From assembly GCA_036170655.1 (NCBI GenBank), contig JAVHPP010000026.1, positions 1 through 19,457 of the forward strand: DNA of 19,457 nucleotides. The letters run 5' to 3'. Position numbers and translations under genes: made by a program. The notes under the pieces are model-generated. The model did no database searches. It was given only the letters and a program-made list of their open reading frames with translations, and was not told where the DNA came from. The DNA is from Candidatus Zixiibacteriota bacterium. Its GTDB lineage: Bacteria; Zixibacteria; MSB-5A5; WJJR01. Positions 6,367-17,301 of the stretch are shown here, piece by piece (positions within the stretch are counted from its first letter, which is position 1; each line of letters opens with the position of its first letter).

Positions 6367-7751
6367 TTTGGCCCGATCATTTTTTCAGGACGGACTTTCT
6401 GGTCGAAGTCTTCGCCGGTCATGAGGCCGAGGGCGATGGCGGCCTCGCGCAGCGTGGTGTGTTCGGCGTGGGCCTTCTTGGCGATCTTGGCGGCGTTGTC
6501 GTAGCCCACGTGCGGGTTGAGCGCAGTCACCAGCATCAGGGAGTTTTTCAGATAGTAGTCGATCTTCTCGCGGTTCGGCTCGATCCCCACGGCGCAATGC
6601 TCATTAAAGGATTCGCAGGTGTCGGCCAAGAGGCGGATCGACTGCAGGAGATTGTAGATGATCACCGGTTTGAAGACGTTCAGCTCGAAGTTGCCCATCG
6701 CGCCGCCGGTGTTGATCGAGACGTCGTTACCCAAAACCTGACAGCAGACCATGGTCATGGCTTCGCACTGTGTCGGATTGACCTTCCCCGGCATGATCGA
6801 GCTGCCCGGTTCGTTTGCGGGGATCGTGAGTTCTCCGATGCCGCAGCGCGGACCGGAGGCCAGCCAGCGGATGTCGTTGGCAATTTTCATCAGCGAACAG
6901 GCCAGCGTCTTCATCACGCCGGAGGCCTCGACGACCGCATCGTGCGCCGCCAGCGATTCGTACTTGTTGGGCGCGGTCACAAACGGCAGCCCCGTCATCT
7001 CGGCGATCTTCCGCGCCGAGCGGACGGCGAACTCCGGATGCGTGTTCATGCCGGTCCCGACGGCGGTTCCACCCAGCGCCAGTTCATAGAGATGGGGCAG
7101 ACAGTTATCGATCCGGCGGAGACCGTTGGTGAGCTGTTGCACATATCCCGAAAACTCCTGACCGAGCGTGAGCGGGACAGCATCCATGAGGTGTGTGCGC
7201 CCGATCTTGATGACGTCGCGGAAGGCGTCGGATTTCTTCTGCAACGTGTCTCTCAGGCGCGTCACCATCGGAATCAGACGGCGGTTGATCTCCGAGGCCG
7301 CGGCGATGTGCATCGCGGTCGGGAACGTATCGTTGGAGGACTGCGCTTTGTTGACGTCATCGTTGGGATGGATCGGTTTCTTCGAGCCCATGACGCCACC
7401 GGCCATTTCGATGGCGCGGTTGGAGATCACCTCGTTGGCGTTCATGTTGGTCTGCGTGCCCGAGCCGGTCTGCCAGACCACGAGCGGGAAATGGTCGTCG
7501 AGCGTCCCAGAGATGACCTCATCGGAGGCCCGGGCGATCAGATCGGCCCTTTCAGCAGGCAACGTTCCCAGTTCCTGGTTGGTCAGGGCTGCCGCCTTCT
7601 TCAGAACGCCAAGCGCGCGGATGATTTCGCGCGGGAACCGTTCGCCGCCGATCTTGAAGTTCTGGCGGGACCGTTCCGTCTGTGCGCCCCAGTAACGGTC
7701 GGCTTGGACTTTGACTTGCCCCATGCTATCGGTTTCGATTCGATATTCCAT
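6363..7751 (-). CDS. fumC: Class II fumarate hydratase
   Basis: [24 protein letters not shown] and the signature [21 protein letters not shown]; 462 aa. Confidence 0.97.
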   Translation of the reverse strand: MEYRIETDSMGQVKVQADRYWGAQTERSRQNFKIGGERFPREIIRALGVLKKAAALTNQELGTLPAERADLIARASDEVISGTLDDHFPLVVWQTGSGTQTNMNANEVISNRAIEMAGGVMGSKKPIHPNDDVNKAQSSNDTFPTAMHIAAASEINRRLIPMVTRLRDTLQKKSDAFRDVIKIGRTHLMDAVPLTLGQEFSGYVQQLTNGLRRIDNCLPHLYELALGGTAVGTGMNTHPEFAVRSARKIAEMTGLPFVTAPNKYESLAAHDAVVEASGVMKTLACSLMKIANDIRWLASGPRCGIGELTIPANEPGSSIMPGKVNPTQCEAMTMVCCQVLGNDVSINTGGAMGNFELNVFKPVIIYNLLQSIRLLADTCESFNEHCAVGIEPNREKIDYYLKNSLMLVTALNPHVGYDNAAKIAKKAHAEHTTLREAAIALGLMTGEDFDQKVRPEKMIGPK

Positions 7752-7777
7752 CGCTCCTCCTTGTCTGATTACGGCAA

Positions 7778-7806
7778 GAGATAGAAAGGCGGATGGGCGA
7801 AGTCAA
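7778..7806 (-). promoter_or_regulatory. Possible sigma70-type promoter for fumC
   Basis: Minus strand TTGACT-N17-TATCTC; the -10 is a weak match. Confidence 0.35.
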
Positions 7807-7862
7807 ACGGGTATCGTGAATGCCGGAACAATGTGACAAAGCGATCAGCGAATGGGAAATAA

Positions 7863-7883
7863 CAAGGGGCTGAAAGCCCCTTG
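7863..7883. repeat. Isolated palindrome (REP-like)
   Basis: CAAGGGGCT-GAA-AGCCCCTTG, a perfect 9-bp stem. Confidence 0.5.
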
Positions 7884-7930
7884 CCTGCGAGGATGGAATT
7901 CGCGCTGAGCTCAGCTGGAGAATCCGCACA

Positions 7931-7967
7931 CAAGAAATCCCGCCCTGCCTGCCGGCGGGGCGGGATT
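7931..7967 (-). terminator. Probable intrinsic terminator after rpmA
   Basis: GC-rich stem AATCCCGCCC...GGGCGGGATT, ending GATTTCTTG on the minus strand. Confidence 0.55.
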
Positions 7968-7994
7968 CTGCATTCTTCACTTTGTCTGAATCAA

Positions 7995-8246
7995 TCAGTG
8001 GTCAACGTGCGCGACTGTGCGGTACCGGCCAGCGCGGACATACGAGACAATCCCATCCACCGTGGCAAACAAGGTCCAGTCCTTGCCGACGCCGACATTG
8101 CGCCCCGCGTGGATCTGTGTACCTCTCTGGCGGACCAAGATTGATCCCGACGTCACCATCTGCCCACCGTAGACCTTTGTGCCCCGGCGCTGGCCGTTGG
8201 AATCACGGCCGTTGCGTGAAGACCCTACACCTTTCTTATGAGCCAT
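7995..8246 (-). CDS. rpmA: 50S ribosomal protein bL27
   Basis: [24 protein letters not shown]...[20 protein letters not shown]. Confidence 0.98.
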   Translation of the reverse strand: MAHKKGVGSSRNGRDSNGQRRGTKVYGGQMVTSGSILVRQRGTQIHAGRNVGVGKDWTLFATVDGIVSYVRAGRYRTVAHVDH

Positions 8247-8306
8247 AGCACATTCTCCTTGTCAATGTACGCAGCCACCAAGCTGCATACAATTACTTAG
8301 AATAAC

Positions 8307-8349
8307 AAAAAAGCCCCCGAGAGACAATGAGAATCTTCCTCCCGGGGGC
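8307..8349 (-). terminator. Intrinsic terminator after clpC
   Basis: Minus strand GCCCCCGGGAG...CTCTCGGGGGC followed by TTTTTT. Confidence 0.75.
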
Positions 8350-8370
8350 AATAATTGCACGCCGGCCTGC

Positions 8371-10845
8371 TCAGGTCAGCGCCCCGTTGGTTGCGGGTGA
8401 CCCGACACTCTTGGCCGATACACCCTTCAGGGTGAATTTCAACTTCTCCCCATCGGGGTCAGCATCGATCTCGACATTGCAGTCACCGGCGAACTGGCCC
8501 ATGAGGATTTCTTCCGCCAGCGGATCTTCGAGATACCGCTGAATCGCCCGGCGGAGTGGCCGGGCACCGAGGTTTGGATCGAAGCCCTTCTCTGCCAAGA
8601 AGTTGCGCGCTGAATCGTTAAGCTGAAACGAAAGACCCCTCTCGGCCAGGCGCTTGGAAAGGTCCTGCAAGAGGATGTCCACAATCTGTTTGATGTGCTC
8701 GATTCTCAACGCATGGAAGATGATGATCTCGTCAATACGATTGAGCAGTTCTGGATTGAATATCTTTTTCAACTCTGCGATGACCATACTCTTCATGTGC
8801 TCGTAAGAATCCACTACCTGATCCTTCTGGAAGCCCATGGTCTTGTCTTCCTTGATCTGGCGTGTGCCGACGTTTGAGGTCATGATCACGACGGTATTCC
8901 GGAAATCGACCTTGCGTCCGAACGAGTCGGTCAACTGGCCATCATCGAGCAACTGCAGGAGGATATTGGAGACCTCGGGATGCGCTTTCTCGATTTCGTC
9001 GAGGAGAACAACCGAGTACGGTTTCCGGCGCACTTTCTCCGTCAGTTGGCCGCCTTCTTCGTAACCCACGTATCCTGGCGGCGCACCGATCAGACGCGAG
9101 ACGGAGAACTTCTCCATGTACTCGGACATGTCAATCCGGACCAGGGCATCGGGATCTTCAAAGAGGAACTGCGCCAGCGCGCGCGCCAGTTCGGTCTTAC
9201 CGACACCGGTCGGACCGAGGAAGATGAATGACCCGATGGGACGACGCGGATCGCCGAGTCCGGCACGAGCCCGGCGAATCGACTGTGCCAGAGCCTTGAT
9301 GGCCTCTTCTTGACCGATGATGCGCTTGGTCAGCTCTTCCTGCATGCGCAGGAGTTTCTTGGATTCCTTTTCCTCGAGCCGAAAGGCGGGGATGCCAGTG
9401 ATCTTCGAGACGACATTGGCAACATCCTCGCCGGTCAGGACATAGAGCGATTTTTCCCGCTCCTCCTGCCAGTGGTGTTTTTTCTCTTCGAGGGCTTCGC
9501 GCGCCATCTTCAGTTCATCGCGCAGACGCGCCGCGGTCTCGAACTCCTGATCTTTCACCGCGTTTTCCTTGGCCGTCTGAACCTCGAGAATCCTCTTTTC
9601 CATTTCCTGGAAGATGCTCGGCTTGGTGCAACTGATCAGGTGGGCACGCGATCCTGCCTCATCGATCACATCGATCGACTTATCCGGCTGGTACTTCCCC
9701 GAAATGTAACGGTCGGAGAGCTTCACGGCCGCGATCAGCGCTTCGTCCGAGATCTTGATTTTGTGATGTTCTTCGTACTTCGGGCGTAGCCCCCGGAGGA
9801 TCTCCAGGGACGCGGCATACCCCGGCTGATCGACCATGACTGTCTGAAACCGGCGGTCGAGCGCCCCGTCCTTCTCGATGTACTTACGGTACTCGTTGAG
9901 CGTGGTTGCGCCGATGCACTGGAGTTCGCCGCGCGACAGCGACGGCTTGAAAATGTTGGAGGCGTCCAGCGAACCTTCGGCGCCGCCGGCTCCGACAATC
10001 GTGTGCAGTTCGTCAATAAAGATAATGACGTCTTTCGAGTTGATGATCTCATTCATAACGGCCTTGAGCCGTTCTTCAAACTGTCCCCGGTACTTTGTGC
10101 CGGCAACCAGGGATGCCATATCCAGCGTGACGAGGCGCCGATTCTGAAGAATCTCCGGGACCTGCCCCGTGACGATCCGCTCCGCCAGCCCCTCGACGAT
10201 GGCGGTCTTGCCGACCCCCGGCTCGCCAATCAGAACGGGATTGTTCTTCTTGCGACGGGACAGAATCTGGCTGACCCGTTCAATCTCATCGTCACGACCG
10301 ATAATCGGGTCGAGCTTGCCTTTGCGCGCGAGTTCGGTCAGGTCGCGTCCGAAATGATCCAGCGCCGGCGTCTTGGATTTTTTGCGCTTCTTGCCGTACG
10401 ACGACGGTCTGCCGCCGCGAATGTTCTTGAGCTCCTCATAGGCATCTTTGTAATCGACATCGTACATGGAGAGGACCTGGGCGGCGACGCCTTCCTCGTC
10501 CTTGAGGAGCGCCAGAAGGAGGTGCTCTGTGTCGATCTCCTTCGACTTGAGCGCACGGGCTTCCTGACCCGCGACCTCCAGCGTTTTCTTCGCCCGTGCG
10601 GTCAGCGGCAATTGCCCCATGGTCATCGTCCCGCCAGAGGGCTGGACGACTTCCTCGACCGAGGCCTTGAGCTCGTTGAGATCGAGGCCAATGTTGACGA
10701 TCATATCGACCGCCATGCCCTCGCCCAGACGGATCAACCCCAGAAGCAGATGCTCGGTGCCGATGTAGTCGTGACGGAGACGTGCCGCTTCGTCCCGGGC
10801 ATATTCGATCGCTTTACGCGCCAATTCGGAGAAAGTTTCATTCAT
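8371..10845 (-). CDS. clpC: ATP-dependent Clp protease ATPase subunit ClpC
   Basis: Two Clp-N repeats (TEHLLL), Walker A motifs GEPGVGKT and [11 protein letters not shown]-like middle domain ([11 protein letters not shown]) and ClpP-docking MGF loop; 824 aa. Confidence 0.96.
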   Translation of the reverse strand: MNETFSELARKAIEYARDEAARLRHDYIGTEHLLLGLIRLGEGMAVDMIVNIGLDLNELKASVEEVVQPSGGTMTMGQLPLTARAKKTLEVAGQEARALKSKEIDTEHLLLALLKDEEGVAAQVLSMYDVDYKDAYEELKNIRGGRPSSYGKKRKKSKTPALDHFGRDLTELARKGKLDPIIGRDDEIERVSQILSRRKKNNPVLIGEPGVGKTAIVEGLAERIVTGQVPEILQNRRLVTLDMASLVAGTKYRGQFEERLKAVMNEIINSKDVIIFIDELHTIVGAGGAEGSLDASNIFKPSLSRGELQCIGATTLNEYRKYIEKDGALDRRFQTVMVDQPGYAASLEILRGLRPKYEEHHKIKISDEALIAAVKLSDRYISGKYQPDKSIDVIDEAGSRAHLISCTKPSIFQEMEKRILEVQTAKENAVKDQEFETAARLRDELKMAREALEEKKHHWQEEREKSLYVLTGEDVANVVSKITGIPAFRLEEKESKKLLRMQEELTKRIIGQEEAIKALAQSIRRARAGLGDPRRPIGSFIFLGPTGVGKTELARALAQFLFEDPDALVRIDMSEYMEKFSVSRLIGAPPGYVGYEEGGQLTEKVRRKPYSVVLLDEIEKAHPEVSNILLQLLDDGQLTDSFGRKVDFRNTVVIMTSNVGTRQIKEDKTMGFQKDQVVDSYEHMKSMVIAELKKIFNPELLNRIDEIIIFHALRIEHIKQIVDILLQDLSKRLAERGLSFQLNDSARNFLAEKGFDPNLGARPLRRAIQRYLEDPLAEEILMGQFAGDCNVEIDADPDGEKLKFTLKGVSAKSVGSPATNGALT

Positions 10846-10969
10846 GGTCGTCGCCTCGCGTCCCTGTCAGGTGCCGTTGGCCCGCGTCCCCCGCAGGCTT
10901 CTCTCTGTAACCTATATCGGTTCCCTGCCGCCATTCGTTTGTTGCTAATCCGATTTTGGCTCGGAATCG

Positions 10970-12064
10970 TCATTTTTCCGTCGTGCCGCTGTTCCGGCGC
11001 GGTGACCGTCTCCGGATCAGCCGTTTCCGCACCAGTTCGGCACGGGCGACATCACGCTCCTCCGGCGCCATCTCGCGCCCGAAGTGTCGTTGCAGATGCG
11101 CCGGTTGAGCCGCGAGCATCAGATCGTTAATCTGCCCCAAATCCAGTCCCATCGATTCACCCATCGTGATACCCAAACGCACCGCCGACAGAAGATTCAT
11201 AATCTCCTGCGACGACAGCACGCGCGCGTTGGCCAGAATCCCGAACGCCCGCCAGATCTTGTCACGGATATGATTGGGCGCATCGCTAAACAGACGACGC
11301 CGTGCGTTGGACTCGTACGCCAGCAACTGACGAGTGACCTTTTCGAGCGAATCGACCAGATCCTCTTCCGAGCGTCCGAGTGTTGTCTGGTTGGACACCT
11401 GGAACAGGTTGCCCAGCACGTCCGATCCTTCGCCATAGAACCCGCGCACCGCCAGCCCGATCTTGTTGACCTGCGACAGCACGGTATCCATCTCCTTGGT
11501 TAGCACCAGCCCGGGCAGATGGATGAGCACCGAGACACGCAGGCCGGTGCCGACATTTGTCGGGCACGATGTGAGGAACCCCAGGCGCGAATCGTAATCA
11601 AATTCCAGCCCGGCGGCCAACTGGGACTCCACTTCCCGGGCCCGGTCCAGCGCCTGCTTGATGTCCAATCCGGAGCGCACCGCCTGAATACGAAGGTGGT
11701 CTTCCTCATTGACCATGAGGCTGGAAGATTCCGCGTCATCGACATACAGGCCACGCGGGGTCTCATCGCGCATGAATTCGGGGGAAATGAGATGGCGCTC
11801 GACCAGGAGATCGCGGTCGATTTCACGCAACGCCTCCGACTCGAAGAACGATCCGCCCTGAGCCAGCGGGGACTTCTCGACAGCCAGCTTGACCAATTCG
11901 ACAACGGCGCGGGCTTCATCCGGTTCGGCCCGTGACGGAAAGCGATGGCGAGACAGGTTCCGCGCCAGACGAATGCGGCTGGACAGCACAACATCAGCAT
12001 GTTCACCCGCCCCCGACAGCCAGGTGACGCGACGCCCCACGAGATCGTCAAACGATTCGAACAT
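10970..12064 (-). CDS. mcsB: Protein arginine kinase McsB
   Basis: SSRIRLARN, LVERHLIS, NEEDHLRIQ, LTSCPTNVGTG, RGFYGEG and QVSNQTTLG motifs. Start set at ATG 12064 (TGATG overlap with the mcsA stop). Confidence 0.95.
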   Translation of the reverse strand: MFESFDDLVGRRVTWLSGAGEHADVVLSSRIRLARNLSRHRFPSRAEPDEARAVVELVKLAVEKSPLAQGGSFFESEALREIDRDLLVERHLISPEFMRDETPRGLYVDDAESSSLMVNEEDHLRIQAVRSGLDIKQALDRAREVESQLAAGLEFDYDSRLGFLTSCPTNVGTGLRVSVLIHLPGLVLTKEMDTVLSQVNKIGLAVRGFYGEGSDVLGNLFQVSNQTTLGRSEEDLVDSLEKVTRQLLAYESNARRRLFSDAPNHIRDKIWRAFGILANARVLSSQEIMNLLSAVRLGITMGESMGLDLGQINDLMLAAQPAHLQRHFGREMAPEERDVARAELVRKRLIRRRSPRRNSGTTEK

Positions 12065-12612
12065 CACATCAGCTCCGGGGCCGGTCCGGCATCCTCGCCG
12101 GTGGCCGGCTGGGTTGAGCCAACCGACAACGATTTTAAGTGGTCGCGAATCTCGGCGGCCAGCTCGAAATCTTCTCTCTCGACGGCGTGTTTCAAATCCT
12201 CCCTGAGCCGCATTTCCTCTTCGATCAGGCCCTTCCCTGTCTGGATCACGTGGGGAAGAGCGCGGCCACAATGACGTGTGGCGCCATGAATCTTGCGAAA
12301 CAGGTCTTCTAGCGGCGCGCGGAAAGCCGCGTAGCATTGTCCGCAACCGAATCGTCCAATCCGCGAGAAATCGGCAAACCGCATGCCACACCCCGGGCAG
12401 ACCAGACGTCCAATCGGATCGGCTGCCGTGCCCCCCCTCTTGACCATCGAGGTCAGGAATTCGGCCAAGGGAAAGGGTACGTCATCCAGAGGGTTATGGA
12501 AGCCCTTGCTTTTCGCGCACTCCTTGCACAGATGCATTTCGTTCTTGCGATTGTTGCGAATCTGCGTGAAATGCACGCTCGCTTCCCGTTCACCGCAATT
12601 CTCACATTTCAC
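12064..12612 (-). CDS. mcsA: McsA activator (four CXXC motifs plus UVR domain)
   Basis: CENC, CKEC, CPGC and CGQC motifs, plus EDFELAAEIRD. GTG start at 12612 with a GAGG RBS. Confidence 0.93.
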   Translation of the reverse strand: MKCENCGEREASVHFTQIRNNRKNEMHLCKECAKSKGFHNPLDDVPFPLAEFLTSMVKRGGTAADPIGRLVCPGCGMRFADFSRIGRFGCGQCYAAFRAPLEDLFRKIHGATRHCGRALPHVIQTGKGLIEEEMRLREDLKHAVEREDFELAAEIRDHLKSLSVGSTQPATGEDAGPAPELM

Positions 12613-12700
12613 GACACACCTCGCTGGACACGTCCGGCACTCCCCGTCCGGACGATCTCCCAATTAAAGTACGAAAAACGCGCCGCACCCACAAAGCCGA

Positions 12701-13471
12701 TCACTCACTCCCGCCGTGCGTCCCGGTCCATCCGGACTCCCATCGGTCCGTCTGCACTGGGCGCAACTGGCCATCCTGAATAGCCAAGACCTCGTTGGCC
12801 CGGCTGGCCAAATCAGGATTATGCGTCGCCACAACCAGCGCCCGTCCCTTCTCCCTGACAATGAAACCAAGTAAGTCGTGCAACTGTTCCGCCGTGCGGC
12901 GGTCGAGGTTCCCCGATGGCTCATCGGCAATGACCAGAGGCGCGTCGGTCACCAGCGCACGTGCAACCGCCGCGCGCTGCAGCTCCCCCCCCGACAGTTC
13001 ACCGGGGCGGTGGCCTACGCGTTCTGACAGTCCAACTTCGGACAGCGCGGTTCGGGCACGTCGCAGGGCCTCGGACATCGTCTGCCCACCGATGAGAACC
13101 GGCAGTGCGACATTCTCCAGCGCGGAGAATTCCGGCAGCAGATGGTGGAACTGGAAGACAAAACCTATCATGCGATTGCGACTCCGGGCACGCGCCTCGT
13201 CATCCAGCTCGTAGGGCGAATGTCCCATCCAGAGAATTTGTCCTTTCGTCGGCGGGTCAAGCCCTCCCAAGGCGTGCAACAGCGTACTCTTGCCAACCCC
13301 CGATGCCCCGACGATGGCCATCATACGCCCGGGGCGCACCGTCAGGTTAATCCCGCGCAGAATCTGCAGAACACCGTCCGGTGTCGGGAAATACCGATGG
13401 ACGTCCACAGCCTGGACCACCGGGGCAGTCTCGGCACATCCCCCGTTATCTATGTCGCCCGTTTCCGGCAT
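12701..13471 (-). CDS. lolD: Lipoprotein-releasing ABC transporter ATPase
   Basis: GASGVGKS, FVFQFHHLLPEFSALENV, LSGGE and ADEPSGNLD motifs; adjacent to a lolE-like gene. Confidence 0.9.
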   Translation of the reverse strand: MPETGDIDNGGCAETAPVVQAVDVHRYFPTPDGVLQILRGINLTVRPGRMMAIVGASGVGKSTLLHALGGLDPPTKGQILWMGHSPYELDDEARARSRNRMIGFVFQFHHLLPEFSALENVALPVLIGGQTMSEALRRARTALSEVGLSERVGHRPGELSGGELQRAAVARALVTDAPLVIADEPSGNLDRRTAEQLHDLLGFIVREKGRALVVATHNPDLASRANEVLAIQDGQLRPVQTDRWESGWTGTHGGSE

Positions 13472-13530
13472 GCCATTTACCGTCCAAATAAATAATGGTC
13501 CGTAGTCCTTCCCGATCGCGTCGGCTCATT

Positions 13531-14757
13531 CTACTCATAACGCAGTATCTCCACCGGATAGAGCTTCGCGGCGCGGCGAGCCGGGTAAATCGTCGCCAAG
13601 AAAGAAATGACAATCGCCAGCCCGGCGACCAGCATCACATCTTGTGGGTCCACAATCACCGGCAGGAAATCGATGAAATAAATCTCCGGCGGCAATGACA
13701 CCAGCGAGAAGGTTTTCTGCACCCAGCAGAGGCCAAGCCCCAATCCGATACCCAGCGTTGTACCCACAATGCCAATCGCGACACCCTGCAAGCGAAAAAT
13801 GGCGCTAATGCCGCGAGAGGGAACACCCAGCGTCTTCAGCACCGCAATCTCCCGGCGCTTGTCGATCACCACCATAATGAGCGTGGAGACAATGTTGAAA
13901 GCGGCCACCGCGACAATCAGCGACAGCGCCACCAGCGCCCAGCGGCGCTCGATCTCCATCCAGCCGAACAGGTTCTTGTGCATCTGTTTCCAGTCGGTCG
14001 CATAGAGACCGGACCCGAGTCCCTTCTCGATATCTGCCGCAATGCGGTCGGCGACATTCCAGTCATCGACTTTGATCTGGAATCCGGTGACCAGCCCAGG
14101 CAGGAGGAACAGCCGCTGCGCATCGTTGAGACGGACATAACAGAGTGAGGCGTCGTACTCGTACATGCCGGTCTCAAAGATGCCCGCCAACACGAACTTC
14201 ATGATCCGGGGCGGCTGGCCCTCCGAGAGGGATTCTCCGCGGAGACTGTAAAGGACGACTTCATCCCCCAGCCGGGTGTTGAGCCGCTCGGCCAAAGTCG
14301 AACCCAGCAGGATGGGACGGGTTTGGGTAGAGTCGCCGCGCATCCGCCAATCGCCCTGGATGACCGATTCCGCCAGACGCGTCACGGCCGCTTCCTTTTC
14401 CGGGTCAATGCCGCGGACAATGACACCATCGTTGTCCTCAGCGGAGGAGATTGCCGCTTTGTAGTAGATAAATGGCGCCACCGCCGTGACATGCTCGTGG
14501 GCGGCGAACCCTTGCTCCAGGGCCTCCCAATCCTGGATACCATCGCTGGAACGGTTGAACACTGTGATATGCCCAGTCGTGCTGACAATGCGCGACTTCA
14601 CTTCCACTTCGAACCCCTTCATCATTGCCAGCGCAATGACGAGAGCCGCCGTGCCGATCACCACACCCAATACCGAGATCAGGGTGATCATGGAAAGGAA
14701 ACCGTGCCTCTGTTTGGAACGCAGGTACCGTTTCGCGATAAACGAGATGTATCCCAT
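13531..14757 (-). CDS. lolE: Lipoprotein-releasing ABC transporter permease (LolC/E/F family)
   Basis: AKRYLRSK, one N-terminal TM, GMYEYD, AAFNIVSTLIMVV...EIAVLKTLG and YPARRAA motifs. Confidence 0.88.
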   Translation of the reverse strand: MGYISFIAKRYLRSKQRHGFLSMITLISVLGVVIGTAALVIALAMMKGFEVEVKSRIVSTTGHITVFNRSSDGIQDWEALEQGFAAHEHVTAVAPFIYYKAAISSAEDNDGVIVRGIDPEKEAAVTRLAESVIQGDWRMRGDSTQTRPILLGSTLAERLNTRLGDEVVLYSLRGESLSEGQPPRIMKFVLAGIFETGMYEYDASLCYVRLNDAQRLFLLPGLVTGFQIKVDDWNVADRIAADIEKGLGSGLYATDWKQMHKNLFGWMEIERRWALVALSLIVAVAAFNIVSTLIMVVIDKRREIAVLKTLGVPSRGISAIFRLQGVAIGIVGTTLGIGLGLGLCWVQKTFSLVSLPPEIYFIDFLPVIVDPQDVMLVAGLAIVISFLATIYPARRAAKLYPVEILRYE

Positions 14758-14765
14758 GAGAAAGG

Positions 14766-16268
14766 TCAGGCGTCGGGAGGATCGCTCTCGGGCTGGCCGC
14801 GCAAAGGGCGGAGCGTGGGAAAGAGTATGACCTCGCGGATGTTGGGCGCACCGGTCAGTGTCATCACGAGACGATCAACCCCGAAACCGAGACCTCCCGC
14901 GGGCGGCATGCCATGTTCGAGGGCCATCAGGAAATCCTCATCGATCTGATGCGCCTCGACATCGCCCCGCCGTGCGGCTTCCTGCGTCGCCTCGAAGCGG
15001 GCGCGCTGATCGGCGGGATCATTCAGTTCAGAAAAGGCGTTGCCGACTTCCCGGCCAGCCATGAAGAGTTCGAAACGCTCAACCAGACCATCCTTGGACC
15101 GATGACGCTTGGCCAGCGGGGAGATCGCGACCGGGTAATCGGTAATGAATGTGGGCGCGATCAGATCGGGCTGGACGCGCTGGGAAAACACCTCATCGAC
15201 GACCTTCCCGTAGGACGCATTATCGGAAATCTCGACGCCTATCTCGCGAGCCGCATGCCGCGCGGCGCCGTCATCGGCGATCGAGAGATCGAGCCCGGTC
15301 TTTTTCTGAATGCTCTCCAAGAGCGGAGTCTCATCCCACGGGACTGACAGATCGATAATCTGGTCGCCGTACGGAAATGTCGGTGTGCCGCGCGCAACCG
15401 TGGCGACATCGATCAAGAGTTCACGGAATAACGCCATGATATCGCGGTAGTCAGCATACGCAACGTAGAGCTCGATCATTGTAAATTCCGGGTTGTGGTC
15501 CCGGTCGATCCCTTCATTGCGGAAGTCACGGCAGACTTCATAGATTTTCTCGTACCCACCGACGAGCAGACGTTTGAGATACAGTTCATCGGCAATGCGG
15601 AGGTAGAACTCGGCGTCGAGCGTGTTGTGATGCGTAGTGAAGGGGCGCGCCGCCGCCCCGCCGTAGATGGGCTGCAAGACCGGGGTTTCAACTTCGAGAA
15701 ATCCCCGCTGGTCCAAAAATAAACGGATGCGGGACACGATCCGGGCCCGCGTGACAAACAGATCGCGCACGTCCGGATTGGCGATCAGATCAAGATAACG
15801 CTGCCGATAACGAATCTCTTTGTCAACAAGGCCATGCCACTTCTCCGGCAGCGGACGCATGGATTTTGACAGGAGTTGGTACTCCTTCACCTTCACGGTG
15901 ATCTCGCCGGTTCTGGTCTTGAATACGTCGCCGGATACTCCCAGAAAATCTCCCAGATCCAGCCAGGACAGACGGTTGTACAGTTCTTCGCCGACAACAT
16001 CGATCTTCGCATAGCACTGGATTCTGCCGCCGCCGTCCAAGATGTGAAAGAATGTGCTTTTCCCGTGAGGGCGCCACGAGACGATGCGTCCGGCGACGCG
16101 AACGCTCTTGCCCTCGGCGGTCTCGGGGCTGCCAAGGATCTCGTCCGATCGGTGAGTCCGCTCAAACCCGTACGGGTAGGGGTCAATCCCTGCCTGCTTC
16201 CAGTAGGACAACTTGTCCCGGCGATGATCGAGCGTGTCGCCCGTTTGTTGCGGTGTCTGTTCGCTCAC
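14766..16268 (-). CDS. lysS: Lysine--tRNA ligase, class II
   Basis: RYRQRYLDL, GGAAARPFTTHHN, FRNEGID..HNPEFT and GMPPAGGLGFGVDRL motifs. GTG start at 16268 with a GAGG RBS. Confidence 0.97.
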   Translation of the reverse strand: MSEQTPQQTGDTLDHRRDKLSYWKQAGIDPYPYGFERTHRSDEILGSPETAEGKSVRVAGRIVSWRPHGKSTFFHILDGGGRIQCYAKIDVVGEELYNRLSWLDLGDFLGVSGDVFKTRTGEITVKVKEYQLLSKSMRPLPEKWHGLVDKEIRYRQRYLDLIANPDVRDLFVTRARIVSRIRLFLDQRGFLEVETPVLQPIYGGAAARPFTTHHNTLDAEFYLRIADELYLKRLLVGGYEKIYEVCRDFRNEGIDRDHNPEFTMIELYVAYADYRDIMALFRELLIDVATVARGTPTFPYGDQIIDLSVPWDETPLLESIQKKTGLDLSIADDGAARHAAREIGVEISDNASYGKVVDEVFSQRVQPDLIAPTFITDYPVAISPLAKRHRSKDGLVERFELFMAGREVGNAFSELNDPADQRARFEATQEAARRGDVEAHQIDEDFLMALEHGMPPAGGLGFGVDRLVMTLTGAPNIREVILFPTLRPLRGQPESDPPDA

Positions 16269-16376
16269 GTCTGCCTCATGATCACGTCCGTGGCCGGTTC
16301 CCCGGCGCACCGGCCCACCAATATACCGGAGGAACACCCGGCAAGCAATGAAACGGGAAGGAATTGGCCGTTGGCT

Positions 16377-17141
16377 TTAGTCGCCCGCGGACGCTCCGCC
16401 GGTCAGGCGTGCAACCTCACTCGGCGTGAGATGACGCCACTGCCCAGGGGACAGACCGCTCGCTGTAATACCGGCAAAGGACAGACGGCGCAGCCTCAGA
16501 ACGGGGTGGTTGATCGCCTCAAAAAGACGTTTAACCTCCCGGTTGCGCCCTTCGTGCAATTCCACCTGCACCACTGCCCCGGTCCGGTGACGTGTCACGA
16601 TCTTGGCCCGTGCCCGTGCCGGCGCGGGATCACCCAAGTCGATGCCGTCACGCAGCCGGTGCAACTGCTCAGAGGTAGGAGTCCCGTCCACCACTGCTTC
16701 GTAGATCCGGGAGATCTCGTACCGTGGATGCATCAAACGGTTGGCCCCCGCGCCGTCGTTCGTGAGCAGGATGATCCCGTCAGTGTCCATGTCCAAACGC
16801 CCGACCGGAATCAAGTGGCCGAAGGCGGACGGAAGACCGTCAAAGACCGTTGCCCGTCCCCGCGTGTCGCGTCGCGTCGTCAAGATACCAGCCGTCTTGT
16901 TGAATGCGATCCACACGGGCTCTATGGACGGGGGGATCATCGGCCGTCCATCGACAGCGACATGGTCGTGCTCCAGATCGACGAAGGTCGCCATTTTCTC
17001 GACCCTGACACCGTTGATGGTGACACGTCCGGCGGCAATCAGTTCGTCGGCCCGCCGTCGTGAACCGACTCCGGCACGAGCTAAGAAGCGATTCAGACGC
17101 TCACCGCGCGCCGGAGGGGAACTGGGTTCGGATGTATCCAT
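16377..17141 (-). CDS. rluB: RsuA/RluB-family rRNA pseudouridine synthase
   Basis: S4 domain (RLNRFLARAGVGSRRRADELI), catalytic GRLD and EGRNREVKR. Follows scpAB, as rluB commonly does. Start set at ATG 17141. Confidence 0.85.
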   Translation of the reverse strand: MDTSEPSSPPARGERLNRFLARAGVGSRRRADELIAAGRVTINGVRVEKMATFVDLEHDHVAVDGRPMIPPSIEPVWIAFNKTAGILTTRRDTRGRATVFDGLPSAFGHLIPVGRLDMDTDGIILLTNDGAGANRLMHPRYEISRIYEAVVDGTPTSEQLHRLRDGIDLGDPAPARARAKIVTRHRTGAVVQVELHEGRNREVKRLFEAINHPVLRLRRLSFAGITASGLSPGQWRHLTPSEVARLTGGASAGD

Positions 17142-17215
17142 GGGGAAAAGCGCGCCTCCTGCAAGGGGCATGTTGAAAAGCCCTTGATTGGGCAAACAAG
17201 CCCACGTGTTGCAGG

Positions 17216-17286
17216 GGGAGGGCGAGCCTCCTGGCGAGCCTCTTTTCCCGATGGACGAAGAGGCTCAGCAGGAGCTTCGCCCTCCC
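17216..17286. repeat. GGAG-headed REP-like doublet inside the element
   Basis: Left arm GGGAGGGCGAGCCTCCTGGCGAGCCTCTT versus reverse complement of right arm GGGAGGGCGAAGCTCCTGCTGAGCCTCTT; 25/29 match. Confidence 0.75.
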
Positions 17287-17301
17287 AAAAAGAGAGTTCT
17301 C

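Noticed and set aside
6459..7784. 441-aa plus-strand ORF
   Set aside because: Antisense shadow of fumC, typical of GC-rich codon bias; no recognisable motifs.
10003..11130. 375-aa plus-strand ORF
   Set aside because: Antisense to clpC/mcsB; no family motifs.
12065..12391. N-terminal extension of the McsB ORF (also the extended starts for arsR, fur, mcsA, lysS and rluB)
   Set aside because: Overlaps neighbouring genes or repeats; downstream starts fit RBS position and family N-termini better.
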